A DNA stretch of 64,000 nt from Acaryochloridaceae cyanobacterium VAR_48_metabat_390 (GCA_031422435.1 JANPLU010000107.1:1-64000); one strand, 5' to 3'. Positions 8,217 through 17,893 are shown, numbered from the stretch's first letter. The notes: generated from the sequence alone by a model not told the origin. A program made the numbers and translations.

Positions 8217-9922
8217 TGAATGCTGAACGTCTACTCCAAAATTTTGATCACATTTCTGATGCGCCAAATGCAGTCGCCTATCTACGTCGCTTTATTCTAG
8301 ATTTGGCAGTACGCGGCAAACTGGTAGACCAAGACCCCAGTGATGAACCCGCTTCGGAATTACTTAAGCGGATTCAGACAGAGAAAGAAAAATTAATCCA
8401 AGAAGGAAAAATCAAAAATCAGAAACCATTACCAGTTCTAGAGGAATTAGAAATTCCATTCAATATTCCTGAAGACTGGATCTGGGAACGCCTAGGAAGC
8501 ATTGGTGACTGGGGATCTGGTAGCACTCCGCCGCGTGGCAATAGTGAATATTATGATGGCGACATCACGTGGTTAAAAAGTGGTGAATTAGGTGATTGTC
8601 TTTCTTTAAAGGGTTCTGAGGAAAAGATTTCTAATATTGCTCTTCAAAAATGTTCCTTTCGCCTAAATCAGCCTGGAGATGTCTTAATTGCTATGTATGG
8701 TGCAACAATAGGCAAGTTAGCCATACTAGGCGAAACTGCTGTGACAAATCAGGCAGTGTGTGGCTGTACACCATTTAATAGTGTGTTAAATAGGTATCTC
8801 TTTATTTATCTTTTATCTCGTAGAGAGGCTTTTCATGCCCAAAGTGAAGGTGGGGCACAGCCAAATATTTCCAAGATAAAAATAATTCTTTCACCAATTC
8901 CTCTTCCTTCTCTTGCTGAACAACACCGAATCGTTGCCAAGGTAGATGAGTTGATGGGGTTGTGCGATCGCCTCGAATCCGCCCAAAAAAACCGCGAAAG
9001 CCAGCGTGATCGCCTCGTAGCCGCTAGCCTCCATCATCTGAACCAATCTGTTGAGACGGATGAGGGGTTTGGCGATCATGCTCGTTTTTATTTCAATCAT
9101 TTGTCTGAACTGACGGTGCGATCAGAGCATATTAAACAACTGCGTCAGACCATTCTCAATCTCGCTGTGCGTGGCAAACTTGTCGAACAAGATTCTAATG
9201 ATGAAACTGCGTCAGAACTGTTGAGACGGATTCAGATAGAGAAGTTAAGGTCTGAAAAAGCTGGTTTGCTTAAAAAGGATAAATCGGTTTGGGAAGGACT
9301 TCCAAAAGAAGCACCATACACTTTGCCATCGCAGTGGATTTGGACACATCTTCAAGACATCTTTGAAATATCTCGTGGTGGAAGTCCTCGACCTGCTGGC
9401 GATCCTCGTTACTTTGGTGGTTCCATACCTTGGATTACTGTTCGGGAAATCACGAAGGATAGTGGGAAATATCTTTTGAAAACTGAAACTGGCCTAACGG
9501 AAGAGGGATCCACCAGAAGCAGATTTATCAACCCTGGTGATTTACTACTTACAAATAGTGGCGCAACTCTTGGAGTTCCAAAGATCAGTAAGATCAAGGG
9601 CTGCATGAATGACGGTGTTGCTGTATTGCGGCTTTTTCACACAGAAAATGTTAACGACTTTGCCTTTTTATATTTGAATTCCCAAACACAAGCATTTCGG
9701 CAAATTAATCAAGGTATGGGGCAGCCGAATTTAAACACCCCGATCATTGCAGGTTGGTTTTTCCCCCTTCCCCCACTCGCTGAACAAGCTCGAATCATTG
9801 CCAAAGTAGATGAACTGATGGGGCTGTGCGATCGCCTCGAAACCCAACTCAGCACCACCCAATCCAACAGCCGTCGCTTGCTAGAGTCCTTGCTCCATGA
9901 AGCCTTAACCCCATCTACCTGA
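8216..9922 (+). CDS. hsdS: Type I RM specificity subunit with two TRDs
   Basis: Duplicated conserved blocks ILxLAVRGKLVxQD and PLPxLAEQxRIxAKVDELMGLCDRLE flanking two variable TRDs. Confidence 0.95.
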   Translation: MNAERLLQNFDHISDAPNAVAYLRRFILDLAVRGKLVDQDPSDEPASELLKRIQTEKEKLIQEGKIKNQKPLPVLEELEIPFNIPEDWIWERLGSIGDWGSGSTPPRGNSEYYDGDITWLKSGELGDCLSLKGSEEKISNIALQKCSFRLNQPGDVLIAMYGATIGKLAILGETAVTNQAVCGCTPFNSVLNRYLFIYLLSRREAFHAQSEGGAQPNISKIKIILSPIPLPSLAEQHRIVAKVDELMGLCDRLESAQKNRESQRDRLVAASLHHLNQSVETDEGFGDHARFYFNHLSELTVRSEHIKQLRQTILNLAVRGKLVEQDSNDETASELLRRIQIEKLRSEKAGLLKKDKSVWEGLPKEAPYTLPSQWIWTHLQDIFEISRGGSPRPAGDPRYFGGSIPWITVREITKDSGKYLLKTETGLTEEGSTRSRFINPGDLLLTNSGATLGVPKISKIKGCMNDGVAVLRLFHTENVNDFAFLYLNSQTQAFRQINQGMGQPNLNTPIIAGWFFPLPPLAEQARIIAKVDELMGLCDRLETQLSTTQSNSRRLLESLLHEALTPST

Positions 9923-9954
9923 GACAAACACCATCATCAAAACCGAAAAAAATC

Positions 9955-10206
9955 ATGCATACCTTATCCCTACCCTACCCCGACGACTTACTCATAACCT
10001 CCGGCAAATCGCCCCAAGAACTAGAAGCAGAACTCGCATTCTTGCTAGCCGCCAAACTCTTTGAACTACGCCGTCTCTCCCTCGGCAAAGCCGCCACCCT
10101 CTGCCACATGAATAAACTAGCCTTCATGTACGAACTAGGCCGCCTTCAAATCCCCATCATCAACCTAGACGACGACCAAGTCGCCGACGAACTGCGCGAT
10201 GAATAA
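9955..10206 (+). CDS. UPF0175-family protein (putative antitoxin)
   Basis: LAAKLFELRRLSLGKAATLCHM pattern. Confidence 0.8.
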   Translation: MHTLSLPYPDDLLITSGKSPQELEAELAFLLAAKLFELRRLSLGKAATLCHMNKLAFMYELGRLQIPIINLDDDQVADELRDE

Positions 10207-10234
10207 CCCCATCATCATTGCCGACGGTTTCTAA
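10199..10234 (+). pseudogene. N-terminal stub of a PIN/DUF3368-like partner gene
   Basis: ATG overlapping the UPF0175 3' end reads MNNPIIIAD then stops right at the 3' end of the Rpn gene. Confidence 0.5.
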
Positions 10235-11182
10235 TTAAGTTGAACCAGGCTGGTAGACAAGGCGTAGTTCCTGTAAAGTCGTCACGCGCCTCAAAGCCTC
10301 CTGAACTGCTTTTAGAACTTCAACCTCTTCAATTTGAGAGACTTCAGACAATACCTCTAAGCCTTCGATCCCAAACTTTAGCTCTAAGCAAAGTTCAATT
10401 CCTTCGAGTAAGCCTTGTCTGAGTCCGCGTTCTTCAGCTCTGCGTTCAATGCTAGTAACGTAAGGCATTTGATTTTCCCTTTCAAAGCGTTCTAAATCAG
10501 CTTTAAACTCATCAGTTAGAGACGCAGGCAAGGTTAGCACCCAGTCAATGAACCGAAATAAATTGAGGACATCCTGGCGTTTATAACCTTTTTCGTAGAG
10601 GCGACGAGTCAGGTTAAATTTCCAGTCTTTACGCTGTAACTGCTTGCCCCTGGTTTCTAGAGCCTTGAGATGCGCCATTGTCACCATTGCAAAAGGATTG
10701 AGACTTTCCTCAAGCATTTGCCATTGCTGCTCATAGTCTAGCAATTTAGCAATTGGAAACCGAAAGTGGATTTCGCAGCCCCACAGTTCCGATTGAAATT
10801 CTTGAGGCCGCCAACTGGGGCGATCATCCGTCAGAATAGCGAGACTGACCACCGGATGGTCGTAGCGATCGCGCAAACGATAGTTATACACAAACATACG
10901 CTCAGGGAAAACAGTCTCTCGGCTGTTTTGAACCTCAACATGAATCAGAACAAATAGCGCCTCACCATTAGAGCGCCAGACCTTCACCAACTTATCGGCA
11001 AAACGCTTGCCCAGTTCAGCATCTCGGACAATCTGCTGAAGCTCGGTGTCCAAAAACTCATAACCCTTGCTCCAATCCACAGCCACGTGGATATCTGGAA
11101 AGAAAAAGGCGAGAAAGTCGTTGAAATACGCCTCAATCATCTCCTTCCAGGGACTATCAAATTCAGACCGTTGCTCAGCCAT
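10235..11182 (-). CDS. Rpn-family (RpnA/YhgA-like) PD-(D/E)xK nuclease
   Basis: DSPWKE..., ADKLVKV...IHVEVQ, RMFVYNYR motifs; C-terminal MPYVTSIERRAEERG region. Confidence 0.8.
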   Translation of the reverse strand: MAEQRSEFDSPWKEMIEAYFNDFLAFFFPDIHVAVDWSKGYEFLDTELQQIVRDAELGKRFADKLVKVWRSNGEALFVLIHVEVQNSRETVFPERMFVYNYRLRDRYDHPVVSLAILTDDRPSWRPQEFQSELWGCEIHFRFPIAKLLDYEQQWQMLEESLNPFAMVTMAHLKALETRGKQLQRKDWKFNLTRRLYEKGYKRQDVLNLFRFIDWVLTLPASLTDEFKADLERFERENQMPYVTSIERRAEERGLRQGLLEGIELCLELKFGIEGLEVLSEVSQIEEVEVLKAVQEALRRVTTLQELRLVYQPGST

Positions 11183-11301
11183 TAAAGCTCCTGTGGCTTA
11201 AAAACAGATCGGAGTAGTGAGCAATATAAGATAGTTAGGATATTACGACGTCCACATGGCAATTACCTGCGCAGTATTTTAGGTATAAGGGTTGAAGTTT
11301 A

Positions 11302-11895
11302 ATGAGTAGCGAAATTCAGTCCATCACAGGCACAGGCATCCCCTTAGTGGGCAACGACGTAGACACCGATCGCATTATTCCAGCGCGGTTTCTCAAAAGC
11401 ATCACCTTTGATGGGCTAGGCGAGCAGGTCTTTACTGACGATCGCACCGCCGCCCAAGGCCAACACCCCTTCGATTTACCTCAGTATCAAGGCGCAACTA
11501 TTTTAGTCGTCAACAATAACTTTGGCTGTGGCTCCTCGCGCGAACACGCACCCCAGGCGATCGCCCGTTGGGGCATCCAGGCAATCGTGGGCGAAAGCTT
11601 TGCCGAAATCTTCTTTGGCAACTGCGTCATGCTTGGCATCCCCTGCGTCATGGCAGAGGCTGATGCTATTACTAAGCTTCAGCAGCACCTGCAATATAAT
11701 CCTCAAGCGACACTCACCGTTGACTTAGAAACCATGCAGGTGAATTATGACGACGTCTCTACACCTGTCACGATGGGCGATGGACCACGCCAAACCTTGC
11801 TAGCAGGTACTTGGGATGCCTGCGGTCAGCTTCTCGCAGGGGTTGATTCCATTCGTGAAACCGCTACAAAACTGCCTTACTTAGCTTGGCGCTAG
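11302..11895 (+). CDS. leuD: 3-isopropylmalate dehydratase small subunit
   Basis: [25 protein letters not shown]. Confidence 0.95.
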   Translation: MSSEIQSITGTGIPLVGNDVDTDRIIPARFLKSITFDGLGEQVFTDDRTAAQGQHPFDLPQYQGATILVVNNNFGCGSSREHAPQAIARWGIQAIVGESFAEIFFGNCVMLGIPCVMAEADAITKLQQHLQYNPQATLTVDLETMQVNYDDVSTPVTMGDGPRQTLLAGTWDACGQLLAGVDSIRETATKLPYLAWR

Positions 11896-11956
11896 AGCTT
11901 GATATTAGAATAAAGAGCAGGTTTCCAATTCGGTTTAAAAATAGGGTAACTGTCTG

Positions 11957-13261
11957 ATGAGCGATAGCTACGCACCAAGAGTCCGCACCCCACCCTACAA
12001 AGTCACCATCACCGATGCCGGCGGCGAAGCCCAACTGCCCATTTTAGAAGGCACCCTGGGACCCAATGCCGTAGATATTCAGCAGATGTATGCCAAGCAT
12101 GACCTGCTGGCCTACGACCCAGGCTTTCGCTCAACGGCCTCTTGCAAAAGCGCTATTACCTTTATTGATGGCGAAGCAGGTGTGCTGCTGTATCGCGGGT
12201 ACCCAATTGAAGAGCTAGCAGAGCACAGCAATTTTTTAGAAGTGTCTCATTTGCTGATGTTTGGGGAACTGCCCAACCCTCAAGAAGCCGAGCAGTTTGA
12301 AAATGAAATTCGTAACCACACCCTGCTGCACGAGCAGGTGCTGAACTTTTTTAGAGGGTTTCGGCGAGATGCCCACCCTATGGCAATTATGGTCGGCGTG
12401 GTAGGGGCGCTGTCTGCCTTTTATCACGACGATATTGACCTAAAAGATCGCGATCTTCGCGTGCGGGCAGCCATTCGTCTGGTGGCAAAAATGCCCACCA
12501 TTGCCGCTGCCAGCTATACCTACAGCATGGGTCGTCCCATCCGGTATCCGTGGAATAGCTTTGGATATTCGGGCAATTTTCTGCAAATGCTGTTTGGGGT
12601 GCCCAGTGAGCTGTATGTCGTTGATCCGGTCTTAGCCAAGGCGATGGATCTGATCTTTCTGCTCCACGCCGACCATGAGCAAAATGCTTCTACCTCAACC
12701 GTGCGCCTAGCGGCCTCCTCTGGAGCCAATCCGATCGCCTGTGTTGCCGCTGGCATTGCCAGCCTGTGGGGACCCGCCCACGGCGGAGCCAATGAGGCCG
12801 TTATCCGAATGCTGAAGGAAATTGGCAGCGTTCAGAATATCCCCAAGGCGATCGCCCGGGCGAAAGACAAAAACGATCCCTTTTTGCTGATGGGGTTTGG
12901 GCATCGGGTTTATAAAAATTTTGACCCGCGCGCGCGGGTGATTCAGCGCATGGCAAAGGATGTTTTAGAGCATCTGGGTATTGACGATCCGCTGCTAGAT
13001 ATCGCCATGGAGCTAGAGCAAATTGCCCTCAAAGATGAATATTTTGTGGCGCGAAAGCTCTACCCCAACGTTGATTTTTACTCTGGCATTCTGCTGCGGG
13101 CAATGGGTTTACCCACCAATATGTTTACCGCCATTTTTGCCCTCGCCCGTACCGCTGGCTGGATCAGCCATTGGCTAGAGCTAACCGAAGATGCCCACGG
13201 CATTGACCGCCCCCGACAGCTTTATATCGGGCACCCCCAGCGCTCGTATCCAAAAGGCTAA
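11957..13261 (+). CDS. gltA: Citrate synthase (long proteobacterial/type II form)
   Basis: [53 protein letters not shown]. Confidence 0.95.
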   Translation: MSDSYAPRVRTPPYKVTITDAGGEAQLPILEGTLGPNAVDIQQMYAKHDLLAYDPGFRSTASCKSAITFIDGEAGVLLYRGYPIEELAEHSNFLEVSHLLMFGELPNPQEAEQFENEIRNHTLLHEQVLNFFRGFRRDAHPMAIMVGVVGALSAFYHDDIDLKDRDLRVRAAIRLVAKMPTIAAASYTYSMGRPIRYPWNSFGYSGNFLQMLFGVPSELYVVDPVLAKAMDLIFLLHADHEQNASTSTVRLAASSGANPIACVAAGIASLWGPAHGGANEAVIRMLKEIGSVQNIPKAIARAKDKNDPFLLMGFGHRVYKNFDPRARVIQRMAKDVLEHLGIDDPLLDIAMELEQIALKDEYFVARKLYPNVDFYSGILLRAMGLPTNMFTAIFALARTAGWISHWLELTEDAHGIDRPRQLYIGHPQRSYPKG

Positions 13262-13280
13262 ATCTACGACCTTATTAAGG

Positions 13281-14276
13281 TTATGCCGAACAAACTTGAT
13301 TGATGCAAGGTTGCCCCTCAGCAAACACTGTGATGTTAGCCAGAGTAGTTTCGGCAATATTTTTAAGCGCATCACGGGTAAAAAACGCCTGGTGAGCCGT
13401 AATCAGAACATTCGGAAACGACTGCAAAAGCTGAAACGTGTCGTCCTGAATCACCGTATTTGATAAATCTTCAAAAAAGAGCGCTTCTTCTTGCTCATAG
13501 ACGTCAATCCCCAGATAACCCACCTTTCGAGCCTTGATGCCCTCAATCACCGCAGTCGTATCCAGCAGCGCACCACGACTCGTATTAATCAGCATGACTC
13601 CAGGCTTCATTTGCCCTAAAGATTCTGCATTGATTAAATGATGATTGGCGGGTGTGAGCGGACAATGCAGTGACACAATATCTGACGCAGCTAACAGCGC
13701 AGGCAGATCTACATAAACAACCCCTAACTGTTGGCAAACCTCATTGGGGTATGGGTCATAGGCTAACAGCCGACATCCAAATCCGTGCATAATTTGGGCA
13801 AAGCACTGACCCACTTTACCTGTGCCTACAATCCCTACCGTCGAACCATGAAGGTCAAAGCCCAGCAGCCCCTCTAAGGCAAAATTATCATCGCGCACTC
13901 GATTGTAGGCGCGGTAGATTTTGCGGTTCAGTGCCAAAATTAGCGCTGTGGCATGTTCTGCCACGGCGTAAGGGGAGTAGGCTGGCACCCGCACGACCAT
14001 TAGCCCTAGTTGAGCTGCAATCTTTAGATCTACATGATTAAACCCTGCCGATCGCAGCGCAATTAGCTTAACTCCGTGGGCGGCGATCGCCCGTAACGTC
14101 TTGCCATCCACGGTGTCATTGATAAACACGCAAATTGCTGCGTAACCTGATGCTAAGGATGCTGTTTCGTAGGTTAAGCGAGGTTCAAAAAAAGTTAGCT
14201 CATGACCGTGAACCAGATTTTCGGCTTCTAAAAACTGACGATCATAGGATTTAGAGCTAAATACGGCTACCTTCAC
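13281..14276 (-). CDS. ldhA: D-lactate / 2-hydroxyacid dehydrogenase
   Basis: RVPAYSPYAVAEH, GTGKVG, INTSRG, TAHQAFFT. Confidence 0.9.
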   Translation of the reverse strand: MKVAVFSSKSYDRQFLEAENLVHGHELTFFEPRLTYETASLASGYAAICVFINDTVDGKTLRAIAAHGVKLIALRSAGFNHVDLKIAAQLGLMVVRVPAYSPYAVAEHATALILALNRKIYRAYNRVRDDNFALEGLLGFDLHGSTVGIVGTGKVGQCFAQIMHGFGCRLLAYDPYPNEVCQQLGVVYVDLPALLAASDIVSLHCPLTPANHHLINAESLGQMKPGVMLINTSRGALLDTTAVIEGIKARKVGYLGIDVYEQEEALFFEDLSNTVIQDDTFQLLQSFPNVLITAHQAFFTRDALKNIAETTLANITVFAEGQPCINQVCSA

Positions 14277-14293
14277 AAAATCTCCCGATGAAC

Positions 14294-15424
14294 CTATTTT
14301 TTGCCGAATCCTTTGCCTCTACTCGTCGAAACCACGGCAAGGCAGCTTTCAATCTGCGATCGTAGCTTATCATGGTCTAAATTTTGCCCAATCAGCACGA
14401 GCTGGTTTTTAGGTGCGCCTTTCCACTCATCATCATCTAAAGAAAACCGCTTACCGCTGAGGTGAAACACATGACGCTTCGGGCTTTCGTCAAACCAAAG
14501 CAGCCCCTTCGCGCGAAAGACGGTGACAGGCATTTCGTTGTCTAAGAAATTCTGAAACTTTCGCACCGAGAACGGGCGATCGCTCTCAAAAGACAGTGAC
14601 GTAAACCCATCCACTTCTAAATGGTTGCTGTGGTCATGGGCATGGTGGTCATGATCGTGTTCACAGTGATCATGTTCGTGATCGCAAGCGCTGTGGTCAT
14701 GATGATCTTTATGGTCGTGGTGATCATGCACCGCTTCAGCTTCTGGTGTGCCTTCTGGCTTAAAATACTGATCCGTTTCAAATAGCCCAACGCTCAAAAT
14801 GAGCGGTAGCGGCACCGCACCTTTTACGCTCCTCAAAAGCCGTGCCCCCGGACGCATATCCCGCAGCCGTACTTCTAGCAGATCTAAGTCGGCTTCATCG
14901 ACCAAGTCTGCTTTGTTCAGCATAATAATATCGGCGTAGGCAATCTGGTTTTCTGCCGCCTGACTGTTAAACAAATCAAGGCTGAAGTTGTCGGCATCTA
15001 CTACCGTCACAATCGAGTCAAGCCGCGTCAAGTCGCGTAAATCCGTGCCCAAAAACGTCAGCGCCACAGGCAGGGGATCTGCCAACCCCGTCGTTTCCAC
15101 CACCAAATAATCGACCTTTTCAGGGCGCTCTAGCACCTTGTATACGGCTTCTACCAGATCATTGTTGATCGTACAGCAGATACAGCCATTGCTCAGCTCC
15201 ACCATATCTTCGCCCGTGGTGATCAACAGCTCGTTGTCAATGCCAATTTCGCCAAACTCATTGACCAAAACCGCCGTCTTGATGCCGTCTTGATTGCTCA
15301 AAATGTGGTTTAAGAGCGTCGTCTTACCGCTCCCTAAAAACCCCGTGATAATTGTGACCGGGATGCCGCGCTTATCTGCCGGCATTGCGCTTTGGGGAGG
15401 ATGGGCTGTTGTGGTGTTCGTCAT
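14294..15424 (-). CDS. COG0523/CobW-family metal-chaperone GTPase with His-rich insert
   Basis: GFLGSGKTT, NGCICCT, ETTGLADP, NKAD; His/Asp-rich linker. Confidence 0.9.
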   Translation of the reverse strand: MTNTTTAHPPQSAMPADKRGIPVTIITGFLGSGKTTLLNHILSNQDGIKTAVLVNEFGEIGIDNELLITTGEDMVELSNGCICCTINNDLVEAVYKVLERPEKVDYLVVETTGLADPLPVALTFLGTDLRDLTRLDSIVTVVDADNFSLDLFNSQAAENQIAYADIIMLNKADLVDEADLDLLEVRLRDMRPGARLLRSVKGAVPLPLILSVGLFETDQYFKPEGTPEAEAVHDHHDHKDHHDHSACDHEHDHCEHDHDHHAHDHSNHLEVDGFTSLSFESDRPFSVRKFQNFLDNEMPVTVFRAKGLLWFDESPKRHVFHLSGKRFSLDDDEWKGAPKNQLVLIGQNLDHDKLRSQIESCLAVVSTSRGKGFGKK

Positions 15425-15624
15425 GCCGATGTTACTCGCTTACTGAATCTCGCGTTCATCTTATGGTGCGCCCCAAGCATTACAGCATCAAAGGAAGCGC
15501 GTCACTGCAGCTTGGCTTCGAGATATTTCACCCAGCCGCCTGCTTTTTTCATTATGCCGCACCCAGTCTGCGTTGAATGGATTCAGCGCAAGCAGCTTAT
15601 TTGCTGAGATATAGCCCATCTAGC

Positions 15625-16056
15625 TTACGCTCCACTGGTGGATGAGCGGCGCTTAATGAGAGACAGGCAATTGCGAGTTTTGTCAACGCGTTTGTAGTCT
15701 AATTCATTTGCAATTTTTTGCAGCAGCGTTAGCCCTCGCCCAGAAATCGATGAATCTGTAATTGAAGCTTTACATTGATCGATCTGCTCCATGAGGCTAA
15801 AGGGTGGGCCACTGTCCCAGATCTGCATCTCAATGTGATTGGGGTAAAAATTGAGATCGATTTCAACCAGCGTTTGAGAGGGTAGAGACTGATGGGCGTG
15901 TCTAACTACATTAGTAAAACCTTCTGCCAGCGCAATTTGACACTGCATCCAGTCTTCTGTATTCACCGACTCTTGTTGTAAACCTTGAAACCACTCCAGA
16001 ACCTTGGATAGTTCGTTAAGGTCTGTATTGACATGGATATGCTTAGTTCTTAACAC
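15625..16056 (-). CDS. RsbW-like anti-sigma factor / Ser kinase (HATPase_c_2)
   Basis: LAEGFTNVVRHA, IWDSGPPF, SGRGL. Confidence 0.85.
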   Translation of the reverse strand: MLRTKHIHVNTDLNELSKVLEWFQGLQQESVNTEDWMQCQIALAEGFTNVVRHAHQSLPSQTLVEIDLNFYPNHIEMQIWDSGPPFSLMEQIDQCKASITDSSISGRGLTLLQKIANELDYKRVDKTRNCLSLIKRRSSTSGA

Positions 16057-16439
16057 GGAGTTGCACTTATCATGAAATTAGATGGGCTAACATTGCACTC
16101 AAGCCCCCTGTGCGCCATTTAGCCTTGTAGTACGGCTGACGTAGAAATATCGTGTCAATTCAGTCAGTCTTAAAGCAACAATTTTAGTTAGGGTATGTAG
16201 ATGACGTTGGCTAGTAATTTATTTTACCCAGCGCAAAGCAAATCCTTGCATGGGTACAAGGTTAGAACAAGATTGGCAGAAAGACGAACTTTAGAGTGTT
16301 CTGTATGAGCATTTGATAACTTAATGTCTAATCTTTAAGCCCATGGTCTGATGGGTTAGTCTAAAAAGTGCTCACACTAATGAAATCTTATGCGTGCTAG
16401 GTAGCATTGCTTCCAGTGCGGCATCCGTTAAACAAAATC

Positions 16440-17564
16440 ATGTATTCAATTTTAATTATTGATGACGATCCGGTCACAAAGCTGATGCTCAGGCGCATTC
16501 TAGAGCAGCAAGGCTATACCGTAGACACAGCTCAAGATGGGCAAGAAGGGATTCAAAAAGCCGCTGCAATGCAGCCTGCACTGATCATCTGCGACTGGCT
16601 TATGCCCATTACGGATGGACTGGAAGTATGTCGCTTTGTTAAAAGCAGCGCGAAGCTCTGCACGACGTTTTTTGTGCTGTTAACCTCACGGGTTGATTTA
16701 GAAGATCGCATTGAAGGGCTTAATGCGGGAGCCGATGAGTTTCTTGCGAAACCAATTGATATGAATGAGCTGAAGGCACGGGTAAGGGCAGGGCTTAGGC
16801 TCCATCAGCTCAATCAAGATCTTCAGGCTCAAAAGCAGGTTTTAGAAACGGAGCTATCAGAAGCAGCCAGCTATGTGCGCTCAATTTTACCTGCACCGAT
16901 GGAAACGCCGCTCCGCATTGAGTCGCTGTTTTTACCTTCGCGGCAATTAGGGGGCGATTGCTTCGACTATTTTTGGCTGAACACCGAAAGTCTCGTTATT
17001 TATCTGCTGGATGTCTCTGGTCATGGTCTTGGTGCGGCGCTACCATCGGTTTCAATTTTGAATTTGCTGCGATCGCAGTCTCTCTCTGGCGTACATTACG
17101 ACGAGCCGGCTGAAGTCTTAGCCGCGCTCAACCGAGGGTTTCAGATGTCTCAGCAAGGCGATAAGTACTTCACCATGTGGTACGGCGTGTATCATCGCCC
17201 GACACAAACCCTAAAATTTTCGAGTGCCGGGCATCCGCCCGCGCTGCTGTGGTCTGAATCTAATCAAGGACAGGCGCTGAAAACCCAGGGGTTTCCCATT
17301 GGTTTGTTTCCAGATGAGCAATACAAAAGCGCAACCTGTAAGATCTCAGCTCACAGCACACTCTATTTATTTAGCGATGGTGTGTACGAAGTTCATCAGC
17401 CCGACGGTGAAATCTGGGGGCTTAGTTCACTAGAGTCACTGATGCAAAATAACCCCAGCCACCATACAACACAACTTTCTGAACTTGTGACTGACATTCA
17501 AAGCAATGCCCAATGTAATGGATTTATTGATGATTTCTCTCTGGTAAAACTTCGGTTTCCTTAG
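16440..17564 (+). CDS. Receiver plus PP2C (SpoIIE) phosphatase
   Basis: REC domain (DDD, DWLMP, KP) followed by GGD, DVSGHG, AGHPP, SDG, DD motifs. Confidence 0.9.
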   Translation: MYSILIIDDDPVTKLMLRRILEQQGYTVDTAQDGQEGIQKAAAMQPALIICDWLMPITDGLEVCRFVKSSAKLCTTFFVLLTSRVDLEDRIEGLNAGADEFLAKPIDMNELKARVRAGLRLHQLNQDLQAQKQVLETELSEAASYVRSILPAPMETPLRIESLFLPSRQLGGDCFDYFWLNTESLVIYLLDVSGHGLGAALPSVSILNLLRSQSLSGVHYDEPAEVLAALNRGFQMSQQGDKYFTMWYGVYHRPTQTLKFSSAGHPPALLWSESNQGQALKTQGFPIGLFPDEQYKSATCKISAHSTLYLFSDGVYEVHQPDGEIWGLSSLESLMQNNPSHHTTQLSELVTDIQSNAQCNGFIDDFSLVKLRFP

Positions 17565-17893
17565 TTTTTTTGAGATCCTAAAACCTGCTGCTCAAAATCT
17601 GCACGATCAGCAAAAATAGGGAAAATTCTGCGCGTGTCTGTCAAGTCAAACAGCATACCAACCTGCTTATTGATAGCACAGATATAAAGTTTTTTCCCAG
17701 CCGCTCTAACTATCTTTAAGCCCACAATCATCGCACCCAGGCCAGAGCTATCCATAAACCCTAGGTCATGGCAGTCTGCTAGTATCGCGTCAGCACCGTT
17801 ATCGAGCGCCTGACGAATCTCACCATGAAAAGCACTCGCTTTTGTGCCATCAAACACCCCCGAAAGCTCCATGACGGAGACATTTAAGCTCAT
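17561..17893 (-). CDS. STAS anti-sigma antagonist
   Basis: FMDSSGLG phospho-Ser motif. Confidence 0.9.
   Translation of the reverse strand: MSLNVSVMELSGVFDGTKASAFHGEIRQALDNGADAILADCHDLGFMDSSGLGAMIVGLKIVRAAGKKLYICAINKQVGMLFDLTDTRRIFPIFADRADFEQQVLGSQKN

Noticed and set aside
8216..9922. Invertible hsdS shufflon
   Set aside because: The repeats are direct, and there is no silent hsdS copy or adjacent recombinase.
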